Origin: Obrimoposthia wandeli
Lineage: Eukaryota
Assembly (NCBI GenBank): GCA_977020255.1
Contig: CDROCS010001491.1
Location: 441,500-498,000, forward strand
Length of the DNA stretch: 56,501 bases
Reading direction: 5' to 3'
Position numbers and translations under genes: made by a program. How positions within the stretch are numbered: the stretch's first letter is position 1; every line of letters begins with the position of its first letter. The notes under the pieces were generated by a model, which saw only the letters and a program-made list of their open reading frames with translations, was not told the DNA's origin and did no database searches. Of this stretch, positions 10,270 through 22,245 are shown piece by piece.

Positions 10270-12285
10270 ATGTCAAGGCATTTGTCTGTACATCGAGAAT
10301 TTGTAAAAAAAGAAACATACACTATCAACTTTTCATTAAATTTTATGAGCAAAGTTGGTTGTATGATTCCTGAAGCAGAGACTGCAGCCAGTAAAGTATG
10401 CGAAAACGAAATATTGATGCAGAGCTGTCGGCGCTTGATGTATCCAAGGTCAAACCTAAAGCTTCATTACATCTACTCTTTCATTTTATTATGGTTTATA
10501 TTATCATAAAAGTCTCCTTATTAAAAAGTATAATGCCATAGCTACTGTTGCTACTCTTGGGAAATTTATTTTATACTCCAAACTTTAGAGAAATATTTAT
10601 CTTTAACTGCATATGCTGAATTCTCTGCAGTTTTTGAGCGGCTCTTTAAAATAATTAATGACATATTTAAATGGCCAATTACACAGTCAGTGTTCCCAGT
10701 TTCGATTAATGATAAGGAGATTTTTCAATATAATTTGTGAAAACTTTCACAGATTTACAAAATACAACATAAATCAACCCATAACTGCATTCGAGAGTGC
10801 ACGTCTTCAAGACTCTAATGAGGTACTTACATTTTGGGATTGTAATTGTCAAAATCTTGTTGAGTCTATGCTTTTTTATATGAAGTTAGACATTTATTTA
10901 TTGGCTGATTTGTTTGAGTTTTTTCCTGTAAAATCTTTAGCAGAAGATGGGCTAGATCCCATGCATTTTTTTAATTTACTTGGTCTTTCATGGGCAACGG
11001 CAATAAAAACTCCTTATATTAATGTTGAGTTATTGCAAGATCCTATGATGTATCAAATGTATGATTATGATATACGCGGTGGAATGACTTTTGTCAACAA
11101 ACATCATGTTGTCAAAAATCAATCCATGGAGATTCTGTACATCAACATAATTAATTTGTATAGGTGGGCGCTTACTCAACCTCTACCACATGCCAACTTT
11201 AAGTGGATGTGTGATGTGGAAGAGTTGAATAAGTTGATGACAGATTTGCCTACTGTTGATACAGTTTCGTCAAATGTCGGCTATTTGGTTGACGTCGATT
11301 TAACAATCCCTCCTAATGTGCATGATTAATTGTATGATCTTCCAGTGCACCTATTCATCAATGTCCACCTAATTTAAAGGTTAAAAAATTATTGTTAACA
11401 CATGAAGACAGGTTGAATTACGTGTTGCATTGGCGGCTTCTTCAATTCTATATAAAGTAAGGAACAAAATTTACTCGAATTAATCGTGCTATAAGCTTTA
11501 GTCAAAACCTTTTGTTTAAAGACTATATTTAGAAAAATTCTAGAAAACGTTATTTGGCCTGTAGCAATTCAATCGACATTTAAAAATCTTTGAAAAATCT
11601 GTAAAGGACTTGCGGAAACGTATTTGTTTACGATTTTGCTATAATGAGTGCAAACTAATAACATATATTACCAAGTACAACTTCAAGCATATTTACCATT
11701 GCAGATTACTTGGTAAATTTTTTTTATTAGGAAAACAGAGTATTGTCACGATCGATTGAGTTATGTAAATCAAACTGTATTAGGTATTTCAAACCCTATA
11801 TTGTATGGGCTCCAATATATTGAATTATATAAATATCGCAATGAATTCAACTGTGAATTCAAACACTGACTCTTTCTTTTTACAATCTAGAAATGTTAGT
11901 TTACAATATCTGTTATTTCTGAAAATGTTTAGGGATAACTTACTTGATACCCATAAATATCCTGTTAATCATCATTTACACTGTAGGGTCAGATTTTGTA
12001 TGATGACTGTATTTTCCTACGCCTTTAATGCTACAGTTTACATACATCTAATAATACATATTCAATGAGAGCAAAGGGTGTGGGAAGAAACAATCTCACC
12101 ATGAGGCCTACCGGAAAGTGTATGATACTGTATGTAATGAAAGCGTTGAGCAAACTAAATTTATTTTAAGACCCAATCAACAGTATTTCCATAAGTCAAC
12201 AAAAATTGTTGTGAGTAGTTATGACGACAAACGCTGTTGGGTAGAAAAGAACGCTGGTCTGGCTTATGGACATTTCCGAATTTAA
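10270..12285 (+). pseudogene. Protein-primed DNA polymerase B (pPolB), decayed
   Basis: YMKLDIYLLADLFE...GLSW...IRGGMTFVNKHH...INLYRWALTQPLP...GYLVDVDL; C-terminal RAKGV...SSYDDKRCWVEKN..LAYGHF. Confidence 0.92.
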
Positions 12286-12551
12286 ACGGTTTTCATTTTT
12301 TTGTTTAGTATTTTAAAATTTTAGATCTTTATGGCACCTTAACTCTAACTTCTTGTTATTTCTATACTTTTTTAGGTTAGGTCTCATCTTTTCTGACAGA
12401 TCTCCTTGTGATATTTAGCTGATTAAATGTATATAAATTTTTTGTCTCATGCCTTTTATTATTATTCATATTTTGACCTTATATTTTTATCTTGAATGTT
12501 TTTTTTAAAAATAAAACGGGTTTAAAAAAAATCATTTATTATTATAACACA

Positions 12552-12918
12552 TTAACCGTTTTGTAACGATAACCATAAAATACATAAATGTCCACAGTTT
12601 CTCGTTGCTGGATCCTGGTATTGTATCATGTTGTAAAATACTCTTCTTTGTCCTTTTTGAACAGTCGAAACAAGCTTATGGGGATAATACGTTGCAAGTA
12701 GATCAAATACATGTATTGTCCACTCTTTAACATAAATAGCTATACAATGTTCTATTGGTACATTCAAAGTGTGAGTATTGATAATGTAATCTCCATGTTG
12801 AAAAATGGAATCATATCCATTGAATTTATCACCCAGTACATTTTCTTTTGATTCTATTACTTGTACTGAACTAAATTAAAATGAATAAATATTAATTATA
12901 AAAAGGATCTTACTTCAT
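12552..12918 (-). CDS. Polinton adenain-like cysteine protease; open after splicing a 43-nt intron (exons 12918-12914 and 12870-12552)
   Basis: MN|SVQVIES...IINT...IEHCIAIY...FD...QYQDPATRNCGHLCILWL (H, D, Q, C catalytic set); intron GTAAG...TTTAG; starts just after the MCP stop. Confidence 0.78.
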
Positions 12919-12919
12919 T

Positions 12920-13330
12920 CTATAATATGACAGTTCTGTTTTCGTTGATTTGTATTTCCCAATCAAATACACCGTAAATAAGCACTGTAGTAGGATTTGA
13001 TAAAGCTGTATTGAATTGAATTTCTAAACGTAAGTTTACATCTTTAGGTTGTTGGCATTGGTTTATGTCAAAGTCTGGCGCTAAAACAAATGTGAAGAAC
13101 GGACAGCTGCTTTTAAACTCAAAGAAATAAATACCATTGTTTATATTTTTTATCTAGTTGACCAATATTTTGAATAATAAATTTCGTATAAGCCAAAGCA
13201 AAAATGTTACTTTCGTAATATGTTTTATAGCTTTTACGATAATTGCTATTTCTTAAAAGTGTTACTGAATCCACATTAAGATTATCAAATTGAGTTACAT
13301 ATGTCGTATAATTTCCTAGAAACTTTGCAG
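12920..13330 (-). pseudogene. Polinton major capsid protein, C-terminal part
   Basis: FLGNYTTYVTQFDNLNVDSVTL...FTFVLAPDFD...NLRLEIQFNTALSNPTTVLIYGVFDWEIQINENRTVIL*. Confidence 0.82.
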
Positions 13331-13397
13331 TTTTTTTAAAATGATGTTAGGATTAGGATTTTAAAAATTTTCAAAGAAATAATTAATTGTTATATAA

Positions 13398-14896
13398 TGT
13401 AATAAATTCTTGAAAGCAAGGTTGAAAATGAAATAAATTTTAAATGGAATTATAAATTAAATAATAAAATTAAGAATTATTTTGGGACCTTGAAAGTTCA
13501 TGTATAGTGTGAGATGTGTATAAAAGTTTAGGGCCCGGGAAATTACAGGCATAAAATGTCAGAAAATACATTTTCAAAGAAAAAGCCAAGAAGATAAATC
13601 AAGAAGAAATTATCCAGTGGTCAACAGAAGAAAATCAAAAGAAAAGAAAATAACAGCCTGGTGGGAAAGAAGCAGCTGTTGATCGAGAAGCACTTACCTG
13701 GAGAGACGATCGAGACAGACATCGATTAACTCTGAGAAGAAGCCAGCCGGCATCCATTTAGCACAGTAAGGGCACTTAGCCTAATTGAATTACTTGATTT
13801 ATAATTTAGGAACTTATATAAAACAGAATTCAAGAGTCATCACACACAAAATTTCTCGAAAAATAATTCTCGGAAAATTCTCTGGAAATTCAAAAATTGA
13901 GAAACTAGCAGACTCCGAAAATCAATTGAACGAGAATAAAAGAAAAATCACCAAGCAGAAACTACCAACGAACGCAAGAAGCCGGAGGTGATTAATTTTC
14001 AGAAACAGAAGGAGATTAATCGGTTAACAAAACCCAGGTAGGAAATCAATCTCCATCGATCAACAGAGCACGATGAACTCAACGGAACCAGCAGTCGAAC
14101 TCAGTGAACCGCCGGACTAGTCGTGTGATCTCGAAGAGAGGCTTCTCGAAAAGAGATCACGGTAAGTTCAGAGTGTGAGCGTGTTGTTGAAGGTTATCAA
14201 AAGATAACGAATTTGAAATAAGGTCATTGGAGAAACAATAATTTAATATAAATTGCAAGTGTCCATATTTGAATTAAAGTTGTCCATATTTTTGAATTGA
14301 AATAATTTGATAAAATCGTCTATATTTTGGAACTGAAATAATCTGATAAAATCGTTTATATTTTTGACTTGAAATAATTTTATAAAATAGTCTATATTTT
14401 ATTTGATAACGTTAAAAGAGTTAACGTTCAGTTAAATTGCCCACATTTTGTACGATAAATCATTAAAAGAATTTAAAGCTTAATTTGAATTTGATAAGAC
14501 AAATTAAAATCGATACGTAAGACATCCCCATTTGTGCGAAGTTGTGAAGAGAAATTAGGACTAGTTGTTGTCAATTTTTAGAAACGTAACTTAGTGTGTT
14601 TTAAAGAATACAGTTTCCTATAATTAGTCAGCGTTGTTTGAACAAAACCCCTAGAATCAAACAAGCACCAGATACTCCATACATTACACGACACTAAGGG
14701 AATTTTTCCAGTGCCGTTTACACAGCTCTTCACACATCTCCACAACAACAACAACAAAACCTTCAGAATAGACATTGAGACAGGTAAGCACAATCTAAGT
14801 AGGCCACAAACAACTGCAAGCACTACTTCTATAGAACTCACGTTGGGGGCCTCCATACGAGGATCTATTTAAGAGTTTCAAATAGAAACCCCAACA
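13398..14896 (+). mobile_element. Solo LTR-like element (family A, copy 1) inserted in the Polinton MCP gene
   Basis: TGTAA...CAACA ends; near-TSD ATAA/ATGA; MCP frame resumes on both sides; shares CTTGAAAGCAAGGTT, AAAATCGATACGT and terminal GAAACCCCAACA with the copy at 26327-29302. Strand is arbitrary (purine-rich strand). Confidence 0.75.
14298..14400 (+). repeat. Short tandem repeat (~36 bp x3) inside the LTR
   Basis: TGAAATAATTTGATAAAATCGTCTATATTTTG repeated with variation. Confidence 0.8.
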
Positions 14897-15600
14897 ATGA
14901 TATTAAAAGGAATTTCCGCAATTTTACGTCACCAAAATTTTGATCCTTATTAAGAGCTTACGTACCCGTACCCAAAGAGTATGTTTTTAAGTTTAGTTTT
15001 TCTAATAAGATACCAAGCATTGTTTTTTTCATTATTATATTATGTGCCATTAAAACAGATTCCTCGGTTTTAACTCTTTGGACATAGTTTCGCATCCAAA
15101 ATATCAAGTCTACGTTTTAGAACGTCTGTGCTTATCAAAAAAAATCATTTATTGCGTTTCAAACGAAGATATACATTGTACATTAACACCAGGAATTTAA
15201 TATTAAGGTTGTCCAAAGACGTTTAGTCTCATAGACCCACACATTTCGTACGCAATCCATTCTTTACGAGTTGCTACCGTTTTATCAAAACCAATGGTTA
15301 CCAAATTAATATTTCGAGTATCAGTACTATAATTCAATAGATTTTCAATCAAAGCTTTATGAGCATGGGAAGAATTACCATCTCGATTAGTTACTATTAT
15401 TTGAACATAAGGCTAAGTATCATTCAAATCTAAATAATTACTATTGGAACCAATTATATTAAATTCTAAATCGGTTAAAGTCGTTCCTGAAATATTAACT
15501 AAAAATATTTCTTCAAAGGAAGCATTATTTACAACTACTTGCGGAAGAGGTTTATCAAATATTGTTCATTCAACTTTCTTATATTTGTTTATATTAATTT
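14897..15600 (-). pseudogene. Polinton major capsid protein, N-terminal part
   Basis: IFDKPLPQVVVNNASFEEIF..LEFNIIGSNSNYLDLNDT...IENLLNYS...LDILDAKL..RVK. Confidence 0.82.
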
Positions 15601-15900
15601 TTTGCTTCTTTTTACGTTTAAATTCTCTATCTTCTTGGCTTTTACTTGATTTACCTTTTCTAATTAAATTAGCAACGCCAGGTAAGACATTATCAAGTTC
15701 ATTAAGTGCAAGCTTCTTAAAAGTTGGTATTAATTTATTATCCTTATATGAAAGGTAGACTTTTTTGAATTTTGATATAAATCGTCCGAGTTTCTTTAAA
15801 AGAGGAAAGACAAATCTACTTAATGTTCTAAGCTAGCCGGATCCATATTGTTTATCGACAAAATATGGTGATTCTCCACATTCTTGGCTTTGACTATAAG
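15600..15900 (-). pseudogene. Polinton core-like protein (QxGxG type), decayed
   Basis: PYFVDKQYGSG*LRTLSRFVFPLLKKLG, located between mCP and MCP. Confidence 0.6.
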
Positions 15901-15906
15901 CTTTAA

Positions 15907-16936
15907 TTATTGCCGGATTCGTAATTTTGTTTTTTTTAAATGTATTATTAAACTTGTCTTGGTTCCGTATGTGAAATCTATTAGTTGTCCGTAATCATCT
16001 CTATTATTTACCTCAAAATTGTTTATAGACAAGAGAGCAACTGGAAGATACGTCGGTTGATCTATACTAATACCGATAACTTCTTTAATGCTAGTTTGAC
16101 TTTGAGATATCCTTATTGTTCTCAAAAGTGGAACTCGTAGTCCTCCTACAAGCGTTGGTTCTATTAAACTAGTATAAATATATAACCGATTAATAGCATT
16201 TAAAAGTTTTGCCCGATTTTTAGCTTTTATGGTTTTTACTGTATGTGTTTCAAAGGTCTTTCCAGATAAACCTAGGTTTTTAGCAAGTTTATCATCAAAG
16301 GAAACCCGTTTTATCTTTACTGTAAAAGTCGTTTTATCATTTTTTTAATGTTACACATTTATTTCAATATTCACTGAATTCCTTCATTATAAATTTGCAT
16401 AAATTCACTTAACTATCTATTTTATAATATTTTTAAAACCTTTTCAGTTCCAGTACATATTTAGATATATTTTCAGGTAACAGCAGTTTGCTACTTTACT
16501 AGGAAAATATCTAACAATTTAGATGAGACAATATCTTGTTTAAAATTACCTATCGCATATTCATTAACAAAACCGAATTGAAGAGCTTCTTTTTATATTC
16601 AAAAGTCCAATGAATAAATTCTTATCGATTTTTAAGTATGACTTTGTTATTTTCCTATAATACTTTCACTTCTTTATCTATACAATTGAAATATAATTTT
16701 CCTTTGCTATAAAACCCAATCATAACATTATTTGCTTCATCATTTTGTAAACGAAATATGCGATTTTTTGGTGATAGTAATTGGAGAATAATAAAAAGAA
16801 AATTCTGTTAAAGCTGCTTCCTATTCTCCTTGTAGATTTATAGGATTTTCCCAATCGATAATAAAGCTACTAACATCATTCTCTGGCTGAGTCTTCAGCA
16901 TCCGTTACTAGGTAAAACCATATACGAAAATTTCAT
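15907..16936 (-). pseudogene. Polinton minor capsid protein (penton), decayed
   Basis: N-terminal YMVLPSN...ENDVSSFIIDWENPINLQGE*EAALTEFSF; C-terminal LYIYTSLIEPTLVGGLRVPLLRTI...PTYLPV...RDDYGQLIDF; ATG overlaps the integrase stop (ATGA). Confidence 0.82.
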
Positions 16937-17510
16937 ATTATATTAGATGCTGATATCCAAGTGGTATCTGAATAACCATTCCATTTAACAAAGTATTGTT
17001 TATGTTTACCATTACCTTAGATTTTAATATTTTTTGAATACGTTTATTTTATATGACTTGTAGTTCTTGCTCGTAAAATTTACCCTGAATGATATTAGTG
17101 TCATCATATTGAATAGTATACATTATTGGATTACTTTTTGGATCAATTTTATTTATACAAAATATTTCATCGCTCCAATTCTGATCAAAAATTTTGATAA
17201 ATGGAGTAGAGCTCATTTTAGAAATTCGAACATATTCGTTTTTCTTATATTTAGTTTTTTTTATATTTTCTTTTTTATTCCTGTCTATCCAAATATCCAT
17301 AGAGTTTCTATTAGTAACATCAACAGGTCTTATTCCCTTGAAACTTCTATGTTCAGAGTGATTATATGCATGTACTATTTTGGGCAAAACTTGGATCCTT
17401 TTTTATTTCCTTCTTTTGTGAAATACTTTTTGATTCAATTTCTTAAAGTACGATTAAATCTTTCTACTACTGCTGCTTTGTACTTTATGTTGTCAGTTTT
17501 ATATTAGGAA
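16933..17510 (-). pseudogene. Polinton integrase C-terminal half with chromodomain
   Basis: KAAVVEKFNRTLRN...LPKIVHAYNHSEHRS..IRPVDV...VRISK...NWSDEIF...IQGKFYEQELQ; chromodomain IQKILK...QYFVKWNGYSDTTWIS. Confidence 0.9.
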
Positions 17511-19459
17511 TTATATTAAAAATTACTCAATAGAGATAAATAAAAAACTTATAATTTGAAATAATAATATCATAGCCTACATTGAAATATACTTTTGTTA
17601 AATGAATAGTATTATAAATAAATGAGTTAGATGATTAGAAACTTAAATTTTGCGTTTCATTTTAACATTTTTTGTCATTTTGGAAAGTCAAATTAAGATT
17701 AAAATTTTAAAAATTAATGATAATTTTTTAAAAATTTTAAATTAATAGGTACAGTTTAACATTTTAACTTTAATATATTATTTAACTAAATCTTAACAAA
17801 ACATATATAATTCATAATTTTAAATGAATTTTTAAATTTATAACAAAGTTTTTTTTTAAATTAAGAACTTATCATTTTCACAAGAAACATGATTTGATGA
17901 ATGCCTATGATTTCTAAATGTATATTAATAGTTGAAGAAAAAAATTTAATTAATTTTTATTATTAGCATATTGTTTGGAAAGATTAATTTAAGCACTATT
18001 TTAAAATTAAAGAACTAAATACGTTAAAGTATTTTCGAAATATTCTTTTAAGATTTGTTTTTTAAAATCAGTCAATTTCTGATCTTTTTAAAAATTGAAT
18101 AAACAATATTTCAGTTATAAAGACAATATTAATAATTTATTTTTATTAAATCAATCTTCATAAATGCTAATATTTTTTATAGAATTTCTTTTTGAAAACT
18201 AATTTTATCCTTATTTTTATTTATAAAATTATCAACTATTTATTTTTTTAAATGTATTATGGTTATATTAGAATCAAAATGGGAATTCTAAAGAAATAAT
18301 TGTAAATTGATACAGATATATATTATAAATTCAATTTCATATAAATTGATTACTTTAAATTTTATAGTTTTTTCTTTATAATTCCTACTAAAAAAATGTT
18401 TTTTTTAATATAAATTTAATAAATTCATATTTATTTAAATTTTAGTAAAATTATAATAGAATAAAGATTTTTTTGAAACGGGAATTCAAAAAATAAAATA
18501 AATAATAAAGTGCCTTCAATTTAAATGACAAAGAAATGATACAAAACGTCAGGAAATATATTTTTAGTCATTTTAAAACCTAGTCAGTGATATATTGTTC
18601 AAAGTTACCGTTATGAAAGTAAAATATGTATTATTTAAAACAGAATCAGAAAATTAGAGTGATACGTAGGAATTTTTATGAAAAAAATGTAATTTTTTTG
18701 ATAAAGTTGATCAAAAGTGTCGGTACTTATTTAGAATTCTCCAACTTTTAATTAATATTATTATAATAAAAATATCATTTTAATCATATGAAATATTTTA
18801 AAATTTGTCTATATTATACTATTAAAATTTTTATTTATCTTTCAAAATTTAAATTTTCTTGAAGTTAGCACTTTTAAGCCAGTTGATGTATATAAGTTTA
18901 GGTTGGCTTTTTTATATATTCAGATAAATTCATTTAAATTGCATCTAAATAAAAAAATTCGTCATACAATTTTAAAATCATATGAATTTTAATTACTTAA
19001 TAAAATTGAGAATTGATTCTGAATAAAAACCAAAATGACCGATTACCGTTTAATCATTGCTTTTCAATTTCTTGTTCAACATGTATATTAAATAAATAAA
19101 ACGAATATGTTTTTTAAAATGGTAAAAATTTATTAAAAAATATCTGATTTTTTTAAAAATGTAAATAATTAACACAATATTACTTTGAGATTTATTTGAG
19201 GGCACTGTGAAATTATAGGATCACGTTTCTTTAAAGCATATAGAGTTGCCACTTTTTATAGAATATCAATAAATAAACATTCACAACGAGTCAAACAAAA
19301 ATAAAACTAACTTTAAAAAAATATTATGAAAATTTGAATTATTTAAAAACCCATATGAACATAATGTGTAATTTAAATCGTAAGGCTATTTTAAATATAT
19401 TCTTTAAAAAAGATTTTAAGATACCAACCTAATAAAAATCTAAGTCAGGCTAGAGTAAA

Positions 19460-20968
19460 ATGTCAAATGTAAACAATTCCATGCTATTTTCCTTATCGTC
19501 CGAAGTAAATGGCATTGACAAGTGTGCAAATGATATCGACAATGTATTTCCAATTAGAATAAAGTCAGAACTTAAAGCATATAAGAAATACCAAAATAAG
19601 TTGAAGTTTAAAAGTCATAGATGTTCATATAATTTGTCTAACATACCGATTGATAATTTGTGGTTAGAAGTCCAGACAGCTAAGTTTCAAAAAACCCAAA
19701 AAAATAATCAGGCTGGGTTTGTAAATGTATTCAACAATCTTAATAATTATACCTCGGAAGCTCAATTATTTTTATTACCACTGATATACTTTAAATTTTC
19801 GTATGAGACTTTAGAGTATAATGAAATCAGAACAGAGTTTTTCCCTATAATATCTGATTGTACCGAAAAATATTACGTGTTTACTGAGCATTCTTTCCTG
19901 TCCAGATTGGAATCTAATATCAAAAATGTTAATTCTAATCTGGTGTATGAAATTCAAACCAAAATAGCCCTTATCCAGATTCCGAGTTGTTTCCACACAT
20001 ACTCGTATCCCAAATATATCAGAGATACCATATTCAAAAAGAAAAGGTTGATTACTAACCGTAATTTTACTCCTCCGATGAATTCTAATGCCTGCCTCTC
20101 TTATGAATCTCCGGAAACTGACAAGTCTTCAAATAAGGTCTGCAGCCTTTTCAATGCCGGCTCTATATCTTCATCGATGGGCTCAGACATTGATAAGATC
20201 CAGTTTGGTGCCGTGTTTGCCAACCAAAACAATATCCAAAATCCGGAGCTGTTGAATTCATTGCCAAAGCTCTGGAACCAGAATCTTTTGATATCAATTG
20301 ACTACATTCTTCAAGCATCTGTTATTCCAAAATCGTGGATTATTCTCTTTCAGTTTTCGGACTATTATGTAGATGTCATCATACAATCATTGCTTCGCGT
20401 TTTCATTTTAGAGTCAAACTCGTTCTGTAAAGTCAACCGAAAAACCAAGAAACGGAATATTCGCAGTTCAAGCTATAACATAATTCTCCGGAATTCTCTA
20501 CGAAATCTCTTCAGACAGGTTCAATCAAGCATCATGGCGTCAACTTTAAAGGTGGCTATCGATGATTTCTTTGAAGAGAATTGTTTGAAAGGGCATATCT
20601 TCTCAAAACATGGTGTGTGCAGGAAGAAATTAACTGAGAAAACATTCGGAAGAAAGGAACTGTTGACTAAACATTCCACTGACTTAGACCGCAGATTGAA
20701 ATTAAAGAGGGACTTTCAGAACAGTGGTATTAAGAATCGACGATTGACGAAGTACAGCTCTGCGTTTCAGTATGCAAAAGAAAGAGGCAAGTGCAACTCT
20801 CAAACTGTTCTAAAAGGAATCGAAAGGGCGTCAGAGCAAGATCTGAATTCAAAGAATCGGAACACGTTAGCCTCGAAATTCAGAATGGAAGGTGATGTCA
20901 CCAATCATTTGACACAGAAGCTGCGCAAAAAAGCTGTTAGTTTGTGTACTTTCTTTTTGACTTTTTAG
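19460..20968 (+). CDS. Hypothetical protein (502 aa), no recognised domain
   Basis: Longest non-repetitive intact ORF, AAAATG start context; a possible terminal intron from GTTAGT (~20936) to TTTGTAG (~21014) would end it ...KKA|IFSM*. Confidence 0.6.
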   Translation: MSNVNNSMLFSLSSEVNGIDKCANDIDNVFPIRIKSELKAYKKYQNKLKFKSHRCSYNLSNIPIDNLWLEVQTAKFQKTQKNNQAGFVNVFNNLNNYTSEAQLFLLPLIYFKFSYETLEYNEIRTEFFPIISDCTEKYYVFTEHSFLSRLESNIKNVNSNLVYEIQTKIALIQIPSCFHTYSYPKYIRDTIFKKKRLITNRNFTPPMNSNACLSYESPETDKSSNKVCSLFNAGSISSSMGSDIDKIQFGAVFANQNNIQNPELLNSLPKLWNQNLLISIDYILQASVIPKSWIILFQFSDYYVDVIIQSLLRVFILESNSFCKVNRKTKKRNIRSSSYNIILRNSLRNLFRQVQSSIMASTLKVAIDDFFEENCLKGHIFSKHGVCRKKLTEKTFGRKELLTKHSTDLDRRLKLKRDFQNSGIKNRRLTKYSSAFQYAKERGKCNSQTVLKGIERASEQDLNSKNRNTLASKFRMEGDVTNHLTQKLRKKAVSLCTFFLTF

Positions 20969-21376
20969 TGTTCATTTGATGATATGTATAACCTCAATTT
21001 TGTCTCTTTTGTAGATATTTTCTATGTAAAAAATACATTTACTAAAATCCTCTAAACAACCGAAAATTTCAAATTGGTGTGAACAATTAGGTTCTGGGCA
21101 GACCAGATAATGGTGAATTTTGTTAATTTATTTTGGTAAGTACATTGTTTTATACGAAATATGGAACTTGGGACAATTTAAATCATTTAATCACTGACAA
21201 GGGTTTTATCGATAAACAGTGGTATAGTGTCGTTCCTTTCCTAAAGGAACATAGCTTCCCCGAGAGGGCTTGTTCCATTGTGGCAAGAACAACACTATGT
21301 GCATTAAATATGTCTATATATGGCAATTTTTTGGTCAAAATGGCCAAAAAGTACTCAAAATGACTTATAAAGTCTC

Positions 21377-21526
21377 AAAATCGTGCATAGTGCACCAAAT
21401 CTATTTTGGGGCAGTATGCACGATTTCGAAAATTGAACAAAATCGTGCATACTGTCCCAACAGTAAAAGGTCACCCCTGGGGTACTCTTTACTGAAAATC
21501 TATTCTAGGGCAGTATGCATGATTTC
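21377..21526. repeat. Four-arm alternating inverted repeat (23-nt arms), copy 1
   Basis: AAATCGTGCATA core and its reverse complement at 21377, 21405, 21439, 21504. Confidence 0.85.
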
Positions 21527-21954
21527 AAGACTTTTTCAAATATCGCTCCATTACAAATTTTTGCAGTTTAAAAGTTACAAGGTTTAAAATTGAGACTTTT
21601 TAAAATTTCACATAATTTAAAAAATATTATATGATTTTAAGTAACCAAAGTCTCCCTTCTAAGAGGGAAGCTATGCATGACCGGGAAGCATCTTTGTTAA
21701 TGAATATATTAAGTATACTTATGTTTATAGTAAATGACAATAAGACTACTATCAATATATATTAAACTTTCTTCTGTATATCTGTAATTTTTCATATAGG
21801 CTTCTGTCTCCCGAACTTATCAATTTTGAAACCTTGAATTTTTATAAATAAAATCCAATAATTGCTTTTCGGAAACTCTTCTTCAGAGAAATTATAAATT
21901 CTTGAGAATAAATTTTCATTGGCTTTAATGAAAGCACTGAAGTTTGAAAGGTTA

Positions 21955-22245
21955 AAAGATTATACTATAGTTATATTTCCATCAGGTATTATTATTACTA
22001 TTATTAATATACTACTATTTAAGCTATTGCATAATTATGAGTTGCAAACAAACATGTTAAAAATATAGAAATTGAATGATTTCAATCTCTAAGTATCCAA
22101 GTAAATATCAACAAAAAAGTTAATTTGTGTAAGGTATCTGTGAAATTGGGAAGAAATTGTATGTTTGAACCAGAATTGTTTCCAGCACTCGGAATTTTAA
22201 AAGGTTTACGACTCAATTGTACAAGACTAGTGGCCCTAATAATTT
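21955..22245 (+). pseudogene. TBP-like protein, copy 2 (partial)
   Basis: KDYTIVIFPSG..CIIMSCK...FQSLSIQVNINKKVNLCKV..GRNCMFEPELFPAL. Confidence 0.78.

Larger units (their letters stand above)
7440..17510. mobile_element. Decayed Polinton/Maverick (copy 1), interrupted by a solo LTR
   Basis: Contains ATPase, pPolB, cysteine protease, MCP, mCP and integrase remnants; TIRs not identified. Confidence 0.9.

Noticed and set aside
17067-17507. 146-aa hydrophobic plus-strand ORF
   Set aside because: Antisense shadow of the Polinton integrase.
21288-21300. CACTA start suggesting an EnSpm/CACTA terminus (also at 25756)
   Set aside because: No matching right TIR or TSD identified; only five bases of support.
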